Assembly: GCA_964516945.1 (NCBI GenBank)
Contig: CAZFAL010000002.1
Coordinates: forward strand, 1 to 53,488
Direction: 5' to 3'
Source of the DNA: an uncultured Ignavibacteriales bacterium
Lineage (GTDB): Bacteria > Zixibacteria > MSB-5A5 > GN15 > JACZUZ01
DNA: 53,488 nucleotides
Shown: positions 1 through 10,045 of the stretch, one piece after another
Layout of the letters: the number at the start of each line of letters is the position of its first letter
How positions within the stretch are numbered: position 1 is the stretch's first letter
Program-made: the position numbers and the translations under genes
The notes under the pieces: model-generated
Told to the model about the DNA's origin: nothing
What the model saw: only the letters and a program-made list of their open reading frames with translations
Database searches by the model: none

Positions 1-664
1 CCGTAAAAGACCGGGAAAGGGTTGTCTTGGAGTCGGAGTGAATAGCTATTTTGAGCCTGTCTCGTGAAGCGCATATGAGCGCCAGGGTGAAGGAGAAGAC
101 AAAAAGCTGTGCGGCGCAGAATTTGCGCCGGGTTTGAGTGGATACTTCTTGACACGAACGGTTCTTATATCTACTTTTTATTGCGGGTTTCTTTGGGCCG
201 AGAATTAGCTTGTGAACCCGTCAAGACTACCTATTTTATGCCGGTATAACCGAAGCGCCATTTAGCTGTGAACACTGGTTTATTAAGACTGTGGTTCATG
301 TTGCCTTGTTTCGTTTAAGGTGCTGTCGCCTGAGTTTGGTGTCGTTACAGCGCGAGATTCGTGACCCGAAAAAGTGATCGAGTTACTGGATTTCGGAAGT
401 CACCGAGAGTGGTCACACTAAGAAGAATCGCTTAGTGAAGATTAGCGGCGCACAGGATACCCCTGCAGATATAGAGATTGAAACGAAAAAGAAATCAAAA
501 GAAGTCAATTCTGGGAAACGTCAATTGTTAATCGATTGCTGAATCGACCTGAGTTTTTGGTCGCTGGCGCCTCTCTCAGGCATGAGAGAAGGAGAAAGGA
601 GGAAATGGAAGCGAAGTCCGGAAGGTGAGCGCTTAATCAAACTTTATCGGGTTGGATTAGGTTT

Positions 665-688
665 GAAATACTGGATGAAATACTGGAT
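665..688. repeat. Perfect 12-nt tandem duplication (gaaatactggat x2) in the ORF-free 5' region
   Basis: Read directly: units at 665-676 and 677-688, followed by a partial third copy (ttgaaac). Confidence 0.9.
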
Positions 689-910
689 TTGAAACAGTTG
701 ATTGATCTGCTATTTCTACTTACCCCGCTCACCTGTGAATCAAAGGAAGACACGTTCCAAACTTCCACGCAGCTTTATCGTCCGGCCCGTCAGTGGCAGG
801 TGTCTGTGTGATTCAGGTTTCGCTTTCGGGAGGAAGTAAATGTATCGAATTATGAGAACAAGTAATGAAACAGTAGGTCTTTCTTTAACCTTAATGAAAG
901 GAGCGAGTTA

Positions 911-3900
911 ATGAATAGGAAAGTCTTCTTCAAGATTTCCCTTACGTTATCGCTTGTGGCCTTCGTCGGTGTGCAGTCAACATACGGCATTGACAAGGAC
1001 ACGCAGGAAAAACTTCGTCTGAAGGCGATTAACACAATGAAATACACTCTGCCGGCAGATGGCGGAGCGCGAGGCCGTGGTCTAACCAGCGGTGTCGATC
1101 GCACAGCCGGTCAGAACATCGGTTCGACATACGGCTCTTCAAGTCTGGGTTGTACGCCGGGCGCCGTTGACCCTGTCCGCGGTCTGACATTCGGTTGTAC
1201 GTTCTATGACTACCAACGTAACGGTTCGATGGATCGTATTATTGCGACTGACGCGGTAACCCACAATTTGAACTTCACCTGGATGAATCAGGACAACAAC
1301 TCCGCTACCGGTGGCCGTAACGTCAAGTATGAAGGCTACAATGTCATCACCGACGCGCTTGGCGACGGTACAGGCGGTGTTGATATCGGTGGTGATCTTA
1401 TTCCGCCGAACCGCTCCGGGTATACCGCTATTGATTCCCGTAATGGCGGCGCCGGTCTGGTTGTTAATGCCCATCACTGGAACAAAGATTTCGGCAATGG
1501 TGGTCGCTTCTTCACCTATGTGTGGTACAACGCCACATCGACCTTTGCTGACTTTGTTGGCAATATTGTTGATTCAACCATCACAGATCCGGAGCTGATT
1601 CCGGGAGCGACACAGGTTCTGTGGCCGCGTGTCGCTTATACAAACGATGGCGCAGGCACAGAAGTAACTCACGTCGTTATGCACACTGATGCGGGCGGCG
1701 ACGATGCCGCAATGTATATCCGCAAGGTCGGCGCCGGGAACACCGGTTCCTGGACAAACCCGTTGGTATTCGCTTCAGGTGGGTATCAGCTGAGTTCTTC
1801 CATCACCGCTTCCCGTAAAGCCGGTTCGCAAAAGGTTGTGATCGCCGGTGACTATGGTCGTGGAGATGGAACCGCTCTTGGTGGTTCATTCCCGCACAGC
1901 AATGGTTTGCTTTCCGGACAGCAGGACAATGACCTGTTCTATATGGAATCAACCGACGCCGGCGCTACATGGGGTCCGTTGACCAACGTCACCAAGCGCC
2001 CGGATTCACTGGCGCATCCTAATGACCCGGTGTGGAAATTCGCTCCGGGCGCGAAACTTGACGTGCTCTATGATCAGAATGATGTCTTCCACATCGTCTG
2101 GCAGGCAGGTGTCTGGAATGGCTATGGCGGTCCGTTTACTTTCCAGGGTCGTCTTTTCCATTATGATCCCGTCAGCGACAAGATCCGTATCGTCCATGAC
2201 TTTGTCTGGGATCAGACAATGTGTAACGGTGGCGCTTTCAATCTGAACGCTACGAATCCGCAGATTTCCGAATGTGACAACAAATTGTATGTGACATTTG
2301 AGCAATTCAATGACATTCCGGCCGGCCTTGAGGATGATTGTTCCGAAGCAGCCTCAACAGCTCCGAGTGGCGCCGCCAACGCTGACATTTATGTCACGGT
2401 TTCTGACAACGGTGGTTTGAACTGGGATCTGAAACGGAACTTAACAGCAACCTACACACCGAATTGTGACACAATTCCCGGTGGCGCGAATCCTGATTGT
2501 GATTCCGATGCCTGGCATAGTACAACTCGTTATGGTGTAGATGTGTCTTTCGACCTTGTTAGTAATATTGCTGATCTTAGTAGCAACATTGGTGGATATG
2601 CAGGTAATTTCTATCTCTATGTCCAGTATGTGAACGACGCCGATCCGGGCGGCGCAATTCAAGCTGAAGGCTCCTGGACTAATAACAGTCTGAAGGTCTT
2701 CCGTTTCGGTTGTGTTGAGAAGGTCTCGAACCCGGTTCTTGCCAGCTCAATTCCGGTTGGTCAGGCAGTTGAGGACCCGGCGTTTACTCCTCCGGGCACG
2801 GATTCAACTCTGCCGTGGTTACTGACTAACGTCGGTAACGCTCCGGCTACATACACAATCGCCCTTTCCAACCAGTCTCCTCCGGGTAACGTCGCTATTA
2901 CAGGTGGCGCTCTGAGTGGAACAATTTCCGAAGGCGATCCGAACTTCACGTCATTGAATATCGTTCTGAATGCCGGCTTGGCAACAACTGTCCAGCACGC
3001 GCATGCGGACATTCAGGTTACCGGTAATTTTGTCGGTTCACCGCTCGATCTCGCCATCGATTATACGATTGGTGATCTTGAATTGCGTAAAGTGGATACT
3101 CTGGATGACTGTGTTGTCTTTGCCAATACTGGCGGCATCGGCCTCCAGAATAACAACGGACTCGGCGGTTTGACCATGGACTTCCAGAACGAGCCGGCGT
3201 CCCTCGAATGTGATACAACCGGCAATGCCGATAACTATCTCTTCGACGGTTCACCGATTATTTCTTACAATGGTGGCCAGGTTGTTTCTTCGATGTTTAG
3301 TTCAAGCATCGTTGACACATTCCAATTCCGTCCGTTGACCGCGCCGTCTCACGACAATGCGTCAGACCCGGATTGGTTCCTTGGTAATTCCGGTCAGTTT
3401 ACCACGCAGGATTCTACCCTGTGCTTTAACATTGACTGGTTTGCTCCGAAGACAACCATTTTCAACAATCCGAACTGGAAAATTGTCTACGGTCGTGTGT
3501 GCTACTACAACAATAGCGCCTCACCGATAGACAGCGTCTTTACCGCATTCGGTTGGGACTGGGATGTGCCATCTGACACTGGTTCCCGGAACACCTCGAA
3601 CATCGACGCAAGTAACTTCCTGTTGTCGTTGCAGGGCTTGGAAACCGGTCAGGATACCGGTAACACTGCCTGTCAGCCGAATGACGAGCGTTGGGCTGCG
3701 TCAATATATGTGCCGACTTCAGTTAATGGATTGCCGGACTATACTGACGGTGGAAGCGGCGCCATGGGCTCCGGTTTCTTCGGAATGTACACCCGTGACA
3801 ATGCCACATACGTTGGCGGTGACTGGGATCATCCTAAACTGGATACCGCTCTGCATACTATCAGCGGATTTTCCAAGTTCTCAAGCCCGGATCCGGACAG

Positions 3901-4300
3901 CCTCGCCGTTGACTTGCACATGGTGCTCAACGGTGGAGCATATCGTATTGACCCGGATGACTCAGTCTATCTGTGGTTCATCATGGTCACCGGTATCGGC
4001 ACACAAACCGACTTCGACAACTGTGTCGCCGCCGCCAAGGGTATCGCCCCGCCGGTTACTCCGGCTTGGACACTTGGTTGCTGTGTCACTCCTGGTGACT
4101 ACAACAACGATGGTTCATTCAACATCGCTGACGTAACAGCAGGTATCGGACGTATCTTCTCCGGCGCAGCAGCCCCGTCCTGTCAGGACCAGGCCGACTC
4201 CAACGGTGACAATACGTTTAATATCGCTGATGTCACGTATGGTATCGCTCGTATCTTCTCCGGTGGCGCAGCCCCGGTATGTGGTACGACCGGTAGTTAA
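911..4300 (+). CDS. Large secreted BNR/Asp-box repeat protein with C-terminal dockerin-type double repeat
   Basis: 1129-aa ORF. The ATG is preceded by aaaggag. N-terminal signal-like segment LTLSLVAFVGVQSTYG. Asp-box motifs STDAGATWGP and VSDNGGLNWD. C-terminus has two Ca-binding dockerin-like segments, DYNNDGSFNIADVTAGIGRIFSG and DSNGDNTFNIADVTYGIARIFSG. A strong terminator follows. Confidence 0.85.
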   Translation: MNRKVFFKISLTLSLVAFVGVQSTYGIDKDTQEKLRLKAINTMKYTLPADGGARGRGLTSGVDRTAGQNIGSTYGSSSLGCTPGAVDPVRGLTFGCTFYDYQRNGSMDRIIATDAVTHNLNFTWMNQDNNSATGGRNVKYEGYNVITDALGDGTGGVDIGGDLIPPNRSGYTAIDSRNGGAGLVVNAHHWNKDFGNGGRFFTYVWYNATSTFADFVGNIVDSTITDPELIPGATQVLWPRVAYTNDGAGTEVTHVVMHTDAGGDDAAMYIRKVGAGNTGSWTNPLVFASGGYQLSSSITASRKAGSQKVVIAGDYGRGDGTALGGSFPHSNGLLSGQQDNDLFYMESTDAGATWGPLTNVTKRPDSLAHPNDPVWKFAPGAKLDVLYDQNDVFHIVWQAGVWNGYGGPFTFQGRLFHYDPVSDKIRIVHDFVWDQTMCNGGAFNLNATNPQISECDNKLYVTFEQFNDIPAGLEDDCSEAASTAPSGAANADIYVTVSDNGGLNWDLKRNLTATYTPNCDTIPGGANPDCDSDAWHSTTRYGVDVSFDLVSNIADLSSNIGGYAGNFYLYVQYVNDADPGGAIQAEGSWTNNSLKVFRFGCVEKVSNPVLASSIPVGQAVEDPAFTPPGTDSTLPWLLTNVGNAPATYTIALSNQSPPGNVAITGGALSGTISEGDPNFTSLNIVLNAGLATTVQHAHADIQVTGNFVGSPLDLAIDYTIGDLELRKVDTLDDCVVFANTGGIGLQNNNGLGGLTMDFQNEPASLECDTTGNADNYLFDGSPIISYNGGQVVSSMFSSSIVDTFQFRPLTAPSHDNASDPDWFLGNSGQFTTQDSTLCFNIDWFAPKTTIFNNPNWKIVYGRVCYYNNSASPIDSVFTAFGWDWDVPSDTGSRNTSNIDASNFLLSLQGLETGQDTGNTACQPNDERWAASIYVPTSVNGLPDYTDGGSGAMGSGFFGMYTRDNATYVGGDWDHPKLDTALHTISGFSKFSSPDPDSLAVDLHMVLNGGAYRIDPDDSVYLWFIMVTGIGTQTDFDNCVAAAKGIAPPVTPAWTLGCCVTPGDYNNDGSFNIADVTAGIGRIFSGAAAPSCQDQADSNGDNTFNIADVTYGIARIFSGGAAPVCGTTGS

Positions 4301-4414
4301 AGTGCAGCGTTATGAGTGGCGTATTCATGATTGATGCGCGAAACTTGCCGCATTAGCCCATCATTCTTGAGTCTTTTGATGGACAAGGATTGAAGGACAA
4401 GGCGGTAAACATAG

Positions 4415-4458
4415 AAAGAGGCCGATTTGACTAGTTCAAATCGGCCTCTTTCATTTTT
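4415..4458 (+). terminator. Rho-independent terminator after the 911-4300 gene
   Basis: Perfect 16-bp stem (aaagaggccgatttga / tcaaatcggcctcttt), 5-nt loop ctagt, then cattttt. Confidence 0.85.
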
Positions 4459-4576
4459 GAGAAGCTGTTTATCGGAAAGATATACCGGAAAGATAAAGTC
4501 TTCGGTGGTATCATCGCTCCATATAGTCCACGGTCAATTCGGAGATTCATTCGTAAACACCATCGCAAATCCCGAT

Positions 4577-4638
4577 GCGAAGCTATGAGGCGCAGAAGCT
4601 ATGAGGTTCAGGGGCAATGTGGTTCAGAAGCAATGCGG
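4577..4638. repeat. Two adjacent tandem duplications in a long intergenic spacer
   Basis: gaagctatgagg occurs at 4579-4590 and 4595-4606. ttcaggggcaatgtgg (4607-4622) is followed by ttcagaagcaatgcgg (4623-4638). Confidence 0.85.
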
Positions 4639-4990
4639 CTCAGAAAGGGAGAGGCGGTTCCTTCTGTCCCGGCAAAGTAAAGACCTCCCCCAATCCGCCT
4701 CATATCCGGGAGAAGCTCTTTGCGACGGAATTTATCATTTATTACAAGTGTCTTTTTTCCTTGACTGGGATGCCGTCGTTTGATTATTCTTAGGCTGTGT
4801 TTCGGCCTGCAGTCTGCTTTTGCCGGACCGCCGCCTCTCAGGATGAGGGCCGGGAGCCCTCCCAGTGTACGGGGTTGTTGTATGGGTTTGCTAAAAAGGA
4901 ATAAATGACCGTCTCCGTCAGCGGCGCCGACCCTCACGGCTCAAGAAAGTTACGATAGAAACAGGAAAGAAGCGGTCATTGGGACAGTTT

Positions 4991-5032
4991 TGTGTCTGGA
5001 ATTGTGTGTCTGGAGTTGTGTGTCTGGAATTG
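4991..5032. repeat. 3 x 14-nt tandem repeat (tgtgtctgga[a/g]ttg)
   Basis: Units at 4991-5004, 5005-5018 and 5019-5032. One substitution in the middle copy. Confidence 0.9.
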
Positions 5033-5169
5033 TGCGAATGAACGCCTGATGGATATTGACTCAAGGATAAGAGCATAGTACTTTTTGCATTCCGATGCGG
5101 ATTATCATCGGTGCGCAATGCTGAAGTATTCGTATAAGTAATGGCATGAATTTTAGTAGTGAGAACAAT

Positions 5170-5201
5170 TACAATCTGAACAAAGTACAATCTGAACAAA
5201 G
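5170..5201. repeat. Perfect 2 x 16-nt tandem repeat (tacaatctgaacaaag) ending 4 nt before the ATG at 5206
   Basis: Units at 5170-5185 and 5186-5201, read directly. Confidence 0.9.
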
Positions 5202-5205
5202 ACAA

Positions 5206-6132
5206 ATGAGAAACACGGAAGGAAAACAAGTGAAACGAACGATAATGATAGCGGCGGCATTTGCGCTGACTGTTGGATTCAGCTCAGCTGTGAAAGCTCA
5301 GCCCAGCGCCGCTGACAGTGTGTATTTGACGATTGAAAACAATGAAGACCAATTAGGTGTGACAGATGGAAACTTTGTTGTCAACATCTGGATATCATTA
5401 AACACTGCCGGAATGACGGGCGCGACATTAGGTATTACCTGGGACAGACACTTTGTCAATCCGACGCCGGACGGCACGATTACCCATTCAACCTCTGACT
5501 GGCAGTATGATTCCCTTATCTATCAGGGGAATTTCACCAATCCGGCGCTCTGGTTCACCGCGCCTCCGATTGACTCCATAGCCGATAGTTTGGGCGCAGT
5601 GACTGTCGGTGGTGTTTCATTCGGTTCCAGCATTCCAGTCGGTTCCGACCAATTGATGGCCAAACTGTATCTCAGCCTTGCGCCGGTTAATTCATGGCAA
5701 GCTGGCAGTGAAGTAACGCTGGATTCATCCTTTGTCCCGCCGGCGAGTGATTTTCTGATGACACTGACTTCAGGAACTATTATTCCGACATTCCTCGGGG
5801 CAAGAGTCGTCACATACAATGACATCAAGATAGATGACGGCAGCGCGCTTCCGACATCGTTCCAGTTGGCGCAGAACTTCCCGAATCCGTTCAACCCGAG
5901 CACAAAAATCAATTACACATTGATGACCAAATCTCAGGTAAATCTGGAAGTCTATAATGTGCTTGGCCAGAAAGTTAAGACTCTGGTCAATGATGTTCGT
6001 GACGCCGGTGTCTGGCAGGTAGAATGGGAAGGCGACAACGACAATGGCGCACAAGTTGCCAGTGGCATGTATTTCTACAAGCTCACCGCAGGAGACTTCG
6101 TCCAGACTCGTAAGATGGTCTTCTTGAAATAA
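5206..6132 (+). CDS. Secreted protein with cohesin-like N-terminal domain and T9SS (Por) C-terminal sorting domain
   Basis: The ORF track starts at 5146. I prefer the ATG at 5206 because a signal peptide follows (KRTIMIAAAFALTVGFSSAVKAQP). C-terminus FQLAQNFPNPFNPSTKINYTL...YFYKLTAGDFVQTRKMVFLK is typical of T9SS CTDs. The N-terminal beta-sandwich-like region (FVVNIWISLNTAGMTGATLGITWD ... LMAKLYLSL) resembles the cohesin pattern. Confidence 0.8.
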   Translation: MRNTEGKQVKRTIMIAAAFALTVGFSSAVKAQPSAADSVYLTIENNEDQLGVTDGNFVVNIWISLNTAGMTGATLGITWDRHFVNPTPDGTITHSTSDWQYDSLIYQGNFTNPALWFTAPPIDSIADSLGAVTVGGVSFGSSIPVGSDQLMAKLYLSLAPVNSWQAGSEVTLDSSFVPPASDFLMTLTSGTIIPTFLGARVVTYNDIKIDDGSALPTSFQLAQNFPNPFNPSTKINYTLMTKSQVNLEVYNVLGQKVKTLVNDVRDAGVWQVEWEGDNDNGAQVASGMYFYKLTAGDFVQTRKMVFLK

Positions 6133-6164
6133 TACCCTTGTAAGGACAGTTTTTTGATTATTGA

Positions 6165-6193
6165 GCTCCCGGCCAACCGGCCGGGAGTTTTTT
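6165..6193 (+). terminator. Rho-independent terminator
   Basis: ctcccggcc / ggccgggag 9-bp stem, 4-nt loop, then a 7-T run. Confidence 0.85.
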
Positions 6194-6350
6194 TGCGTGC
6201 AAATGCAAGTGTTATGCGCTAAGCCATTGTTACGCAGCGTGTTATGATACAAAATTTGACTTTTACGATACAATAGTGTACTCTATGGGAAGCAGTCTGT
6301 AAGAAACTTCGTAAGAAACAATGCCGAACCGTCCCACTTAAACCATCGCA

Positions 6351-6390
6351 AGACAAGACATCAGAAGACAAGACATTGAAAGACAAATAC
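6351..6390. repeat. A-rich tandem repeat (agacaagacat x2 plus a partial copy) abutting the ATG at 6395
   Basis: agacaagacat at 6351-6361 and 6366-6376, then gaaagacaaatac. A separate gtaagaaac x2 lies at 6299-6319. Confidence 0.8.
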
Positions 6391-6394
6391 TTAT

Positions 6395-8575
6395 ATGTTT
6401 GAAATATCCGGAAACAAGATATCCTTAGGTAAAGAAGACATTTACACTTTTGCCGCCGAGTTACACTACTTCCGTCTCGAGAAGCGGTATTGGTCGATTT
6501 GCTTTGAACGGCTGAAACGCGCCGGTATCCGGCTGATTTCCACCCCTGTCCCCTGGAACTTGCATCAGGATAAATCCCGCAATATCGATTTTCTCGGCTA
6601 TGAAGATTCGCGCAAGGATCTGACTGTCTTTCTTGAGCTGGCGCGGGAATTGGGCTTCAAGGTAATTTTGCGCCCCGGACCGTATATCGGCAATGACTGG
6701 CCCAATGGCGGAACACCGGAGTTTGTGACCAGCGATCTGCGTTCTCTGGCCCGTGACCACAACGGCGATGAAATCCCACTGCAGGGCGCTCCGGGTATCA
6801 AGAAGGCGGGCTATCTGGCCAGCTATATGAGCCCGGCATTTCAGAATTCGCTCAAGCATTATTTCAAAAACTTTGTCGACACCACCCGGAACTACATCCA
6901 TCCGCGTGGCCCGATTGTCATCATTGAGCTGGATGACAGCCCGTGTTTTGGCGCGCTGACAGACCCGTCCGCCGCTGACTACAACGCCGACATGCTCTCA
7001 CGGGAGTTCGTCCCGTTCCTCATGAGTCGCTATGAAGATATCAAAGAATTGAACAGTGTCTACAAAACCAGATTCAAAGACTACGATGAAATCGAACCGC
7101 CTCGTGAGTTTGAACATGCGGACCAGAAAACACTGCCGGTGTTTTTTGACTGGTTCCGTTTCAAAGAGAATCTCGTAAAACGCTATTTCGCGTCTTTAAC
7201 ATCGATATATGAGTCCTATACCGTGCAACCACTCTATTCCCGCTCAAAGTTCTTCACGCAAAAGGGACTGGTGCCATTCTACAATGTCGGTATATCTGAC
7301 AGTCAGAACCTGTCGGGATGTGAAGTCTCGTATCAGGACAGTTACAGTGAGCTCGCTCGACGTGGTCGTTATTTACGTGGCGAGACCGGTTTATCGTGGA
7401 GTTCGGCATATCCCTGCGGGCGCGCCGCCGCAGACCCCGAACAGGCGGAATCGGCTCAACCGATTACCGACGGTGAACGACGTTTCATGCTGGCCTCGGC
7501 GTTTGGCTCCGGCTTTAAGGGCATCAATATGAAGATGTTCGCCGACCATGAGCATTGGTATGGAGCCGCATTGCGGCAGGACGGTTCTGTGACACCGGGA
7601 TATGAATTCGTCAAGCGCATCACCGAATCCGCCGAGCGCATGGGACTCGACGAATTGAAATCGGAAAGCCAGGTGGCGGTTGTCGGCAATCGGCTGTATC
7701 AGTGGTTTTCACATCTGCCGAATCCGAAAGGTTTTGACTATATCCCGCGTCTGGTCAATCAATCACTGCCGGGAATTTGCCGTGATTTATCGCGTTTGAA
7801 AATTGATTTTGATGTCCGTGAATCCGGTTCAATAGCGGAACTCACGAATTACAAGCTGGCGATTGTCGCCTCAGCGGAGTTTATGGCTGAATCAGAACAG
7901 CAGGCCATCATTGATTTGTACAAAGCAGGTGTCTCAGTCGCTGTTTTTGGCGTTCTGCCGAAATATGATGAGAAAATGGCTCCGTGTTCTCTCTTGGCGA
8001 ATTACCTCAAGACAAAGTCTACCCTGTTGAATACCATTGACACAATCAAGACCAAAAACGATGAGTTCCCGTCCCATGTGTTCTGTTTGCTAAAATCAAC
8101 TGACACGCGCGCGAAGAAGATAGCGCATGTCGGTAAGTCGCATGTCGGAATTGCCGTGAATAAGCAGACGGCAACGCTCAATTTCTTTGGGTTCGATCTT
8201 TCAAGCGGGTTTGACCATCATAAGTTAACCTTCCTTGAATCGTTCCTCGAAGGCGAAAAGATCAGGTCTTTTGTCTATTGCAGCGACCCGATGATTGATG
8301 TAACGGTTCAAAGCTCTGCGAAAAAAGTGGTTATTTTCCTGATGGCCCCACCGGCCGGTGAATTGGGCGAGCGTATCGAAACACAGGACAGAGAAGTTTT
8401 CCTGCGAGTGGATTTACGCGAAATCGGGTTCAAAACCCCAAGCATCAAAATGGTAGATCTGTTCGAACCGGAAGAAACACCGGCGCTGAAACTCACCGCC
8501 GCCGCTTTGGCCTCAGGGATACACCTGCGACTCAGTTATCCGGACGGTAAAGTATTCTTCATCGAAAAACGATGA
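6395..8575 (+). CDS. GH35-like (beta-galactosidase family) TIM-barrel protein, apparently cytoplasmic, with divergent catalytic motifs
   Basis: 726-aa ORF. The N-terminus matches the GH35 pattern (AAELHYFRL..YW...ERLKRAGIRLISTPVPWNLHQ ... ILRPGPYIGNDWPNGGTPEF). No signal peptide. IELDDS sits where GH35 has VENEYG. Confidence 0.7.
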   Translation: MFEISGNKISLGKEDIYTFAAELHYFRLEKRYWSICFERLKRAGIRLISTPVPWNLHQDKSRNIDFLGYEDSRKDLTVFLELARELGFKVILRPGPYIGNDWPNGGTPEFVTSDLRSLARDHNGDEIPLQGAPGIKKAGYLASYMSPAFQNSLKHYFKNFVDTTRNYIHPRGPIVIIELDDSPCFGALTDPSAADYNADMLSREFVPFLMSRYEDIKELNSVYKTRFKDYDEIEPPREFEHADQKTLPVFFDWFRFKENLVKRYFASLTSIYESYTVQPLYSRSKFFTQKGLVPFYNVGISDSQNLSGCEVSYQDSYSELARRGRYLRGETGLSWSSAYPCGRAAADPEQAESAQPITDGERRFMLASAFGSGFKGINMKMFADHEHWYGAALRQDGSVTPGYEFVKRITESAERMGLDELKSESQVAVVGNRLYQWFSHLPNPKGFDYIPRLVNQSLPGICRDLSRLKIDFDVRESGSIAELTNYKLAIVASAEFMAESEQQAIIDLYKAGVSVAVFGVLPKYDEKMAPCSLLANYLKTKSTLLNTIDTIKTKNDEFPSHVFCLLKSTDTRAKKIAHVGKSHVGIAVNKQTATLNFFGFDLSSGFDHHKLTFLESFLEGEKIRSFVYCSDPMIDVTVQSSAKKVVIFLMAPPAGELGERIETQDREVFLRVDLREIGFKTPSIKMVDLFEPEETPALKLTAAALASGIHLRLSYPDGKVFFIEKR

Positions 8576-8646
8576 TAGACTGATATCGATTGAAGAACTG
8601 TGCTTGAACATGGTGACTCAACAGCGCTTTTCAAGACTGCCTTCCG

Positions 8647-10005
8647 TCAATAGAGTTTATCAATGGTGACATTTGTGTAGTACCGTAGCAGTATGTCACG
8701 GTAGGTGTAGCCTGCGTGCGCGCGAGCCATGCCGAGCGCCCCCATCTGGCACATGCCGACACCGTGACCATAACCACGGCCTTCAAAGGTAACAGACACC
8801 ACTCCTGAGCGTGAAGTTCGGCGAATATCTGAGAGTGTAAAATAATCAGATTGCAGGATTCGATTTGGATCTGAGCTGCGTCGAAACACCCAGCGAATTC
8901 TGTCCCGTTCATAAACGAAGCGCCGGGAACCGGACACTATCACCAGCTTCTGGGTGCGTAACCCCGGACTCGGTGACGCCGGAGCGCTATTGTCGATGTA
9001 GATACTATCAATACGTGAGACGGTGAGGGCCTCGCCGGCGGCGGTTTCATAGTCAGAGATTCGTTTGGCAAGCTGTTTTCCGGTGAATGTCTCCTGCCAG
9101 CGATAGTATTTCGACGGCGCGCACATTTGTTGACAGTCCACACTTTTCAGATATGGCGCCGGTGGTTTTGGCCAGACGTTTTCGATATTGTCTGTCCTGC
9201 CTCCACAGGTTGAATGATAGTAGGCTTTGATGAACTGATCATCGTAGCGAATAACTTCTCCGGCTGTGGCTTCGATCGCCTGTGAAATAAAGTCCTTCTC
9301 AACTTTCATCCCGAGATAAAGCTGGTCAGAAACCGTTGACGTGACATCATATTTCCTGGCGCCGTATTGTCCGAGATGCGACATCGTATATGTTCGCGCC
9401 GCAATGGCCTGCGCCTTGATGGCCTCTTCATCCTCGGGCGTAACGGGTCCGAGTTCCGGTGGCACAACGCCTTTCAGGTACTCATCAATATTGAGAATAT
9501 TGGTCACGACAATCGCGTCCTCGCCGGGAGTCAGACGCGCCATACCCCGATAGGCGTCACCATTGATGACTAATGATTGCGCCCTGCCGCGCGATGAAAC
9601 TGTGATGACATCCAAACCGGATTCAATCACATCTCCGCTGGAACTGAGCAACGACAGCGTTGCGCCACCGTAGCGGGCATGAATACCCTGTGGGGAATAA
9701 TAGACGAACTTATCACTCCCGCGAATACATTCAATAGCTATTGAGCCCTGTCCATCGACAGTCGCTGTTTGTGAATCATCGGAAAGCATGGTGCGCACGA
9801 ATGGCAGTCGAATGTGCGACCTGTCCGGCCTGCCGGTTGATATTTGTCGTGGGGCGCATTGTGTGGCGAGAAACGCACATAACGCCACCATGATATGCAG
9901 GCGCAGGGCAGTGGGCGCCTGCCATAGTGAACCGGAGTCTGCGGTATCCTTGAAATGTCTCATAGGTGTTGTTCTCGCTAATGCCATACGCCGGTTCAAT
10001 CTCAT
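8647..10005 (-). CDS. SpoIID/LytB-domain protein (lytic transglycosylase / amidase enhancer family)
   Basis: Motifs YYHSTCGGRTDNIENVW and GHGVGMCQMGALGMA. The true start may be an internal Met (MVALCAFLATQC signal-like). Confidence 0.8.
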   Translation of the reverse strand: MRLNRRMALARTTPMRHFKDTADSGSLWQAPTALRLHIMVALCAFLATQCAPRQISTGRPDRSHIRLPFVRTMLSDDSQTATVDGQGSIAIECIRGSDKFVYYSPQGIHARYGGATLSLLSSSGDVIESGLDVITVSSRGRAQSLVINGDAYRGMARLTPGEDAIVVTNILNIDEYLKGVVPPELGPVTPEDEEAIKAQAIAARTYTMSHLGQYGARKYDVTSTVSDQLYLGMKVEKDFISQAIEATAGEVIRYDDQFIKAYYHSTCGGRTDNIENVWPKPPAPYLKSVDCQQMCAPSKYYRWQETFTGKQLAKRISDYETAAGEALTVSRIDSIYIDNSAPASPSPGLRTQKLVIVSGSRRFVYERDRIRWVFRRSSDPNRILQSDYFTLSDIRRTSRSGVVSVTFEGRGYGHGVGMCQMGALGMARAHAGYTYRDILLRYYTNVTIDKLY

Positions 10006-10045
10006 CTGTTATTCTTGCGCATTGAGCGCTCATTCATCATTCTCA

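Noticed and set aside
590-650. SRP (4.5S) RNA, because of gtccggaagg with a GGAA tetraloop
   Set aside because: The flanking symmetric-loop residues read AAGU/UGAG rather than the conserved SRP helix-8 pattern (..AGCA..). No extended hairpin can be drawn around it.
1139-6273. Antisense and overlapping ORFs inside the large CDS (for example 1139-1477, 2006-2305, 3564-4136, 5523-5912, 5770-6273)
   Set aside because: They are fully nested in, or antisense to, longer ORFs that carry clear domain signatures. Their composition is typical of shadow ORFs.
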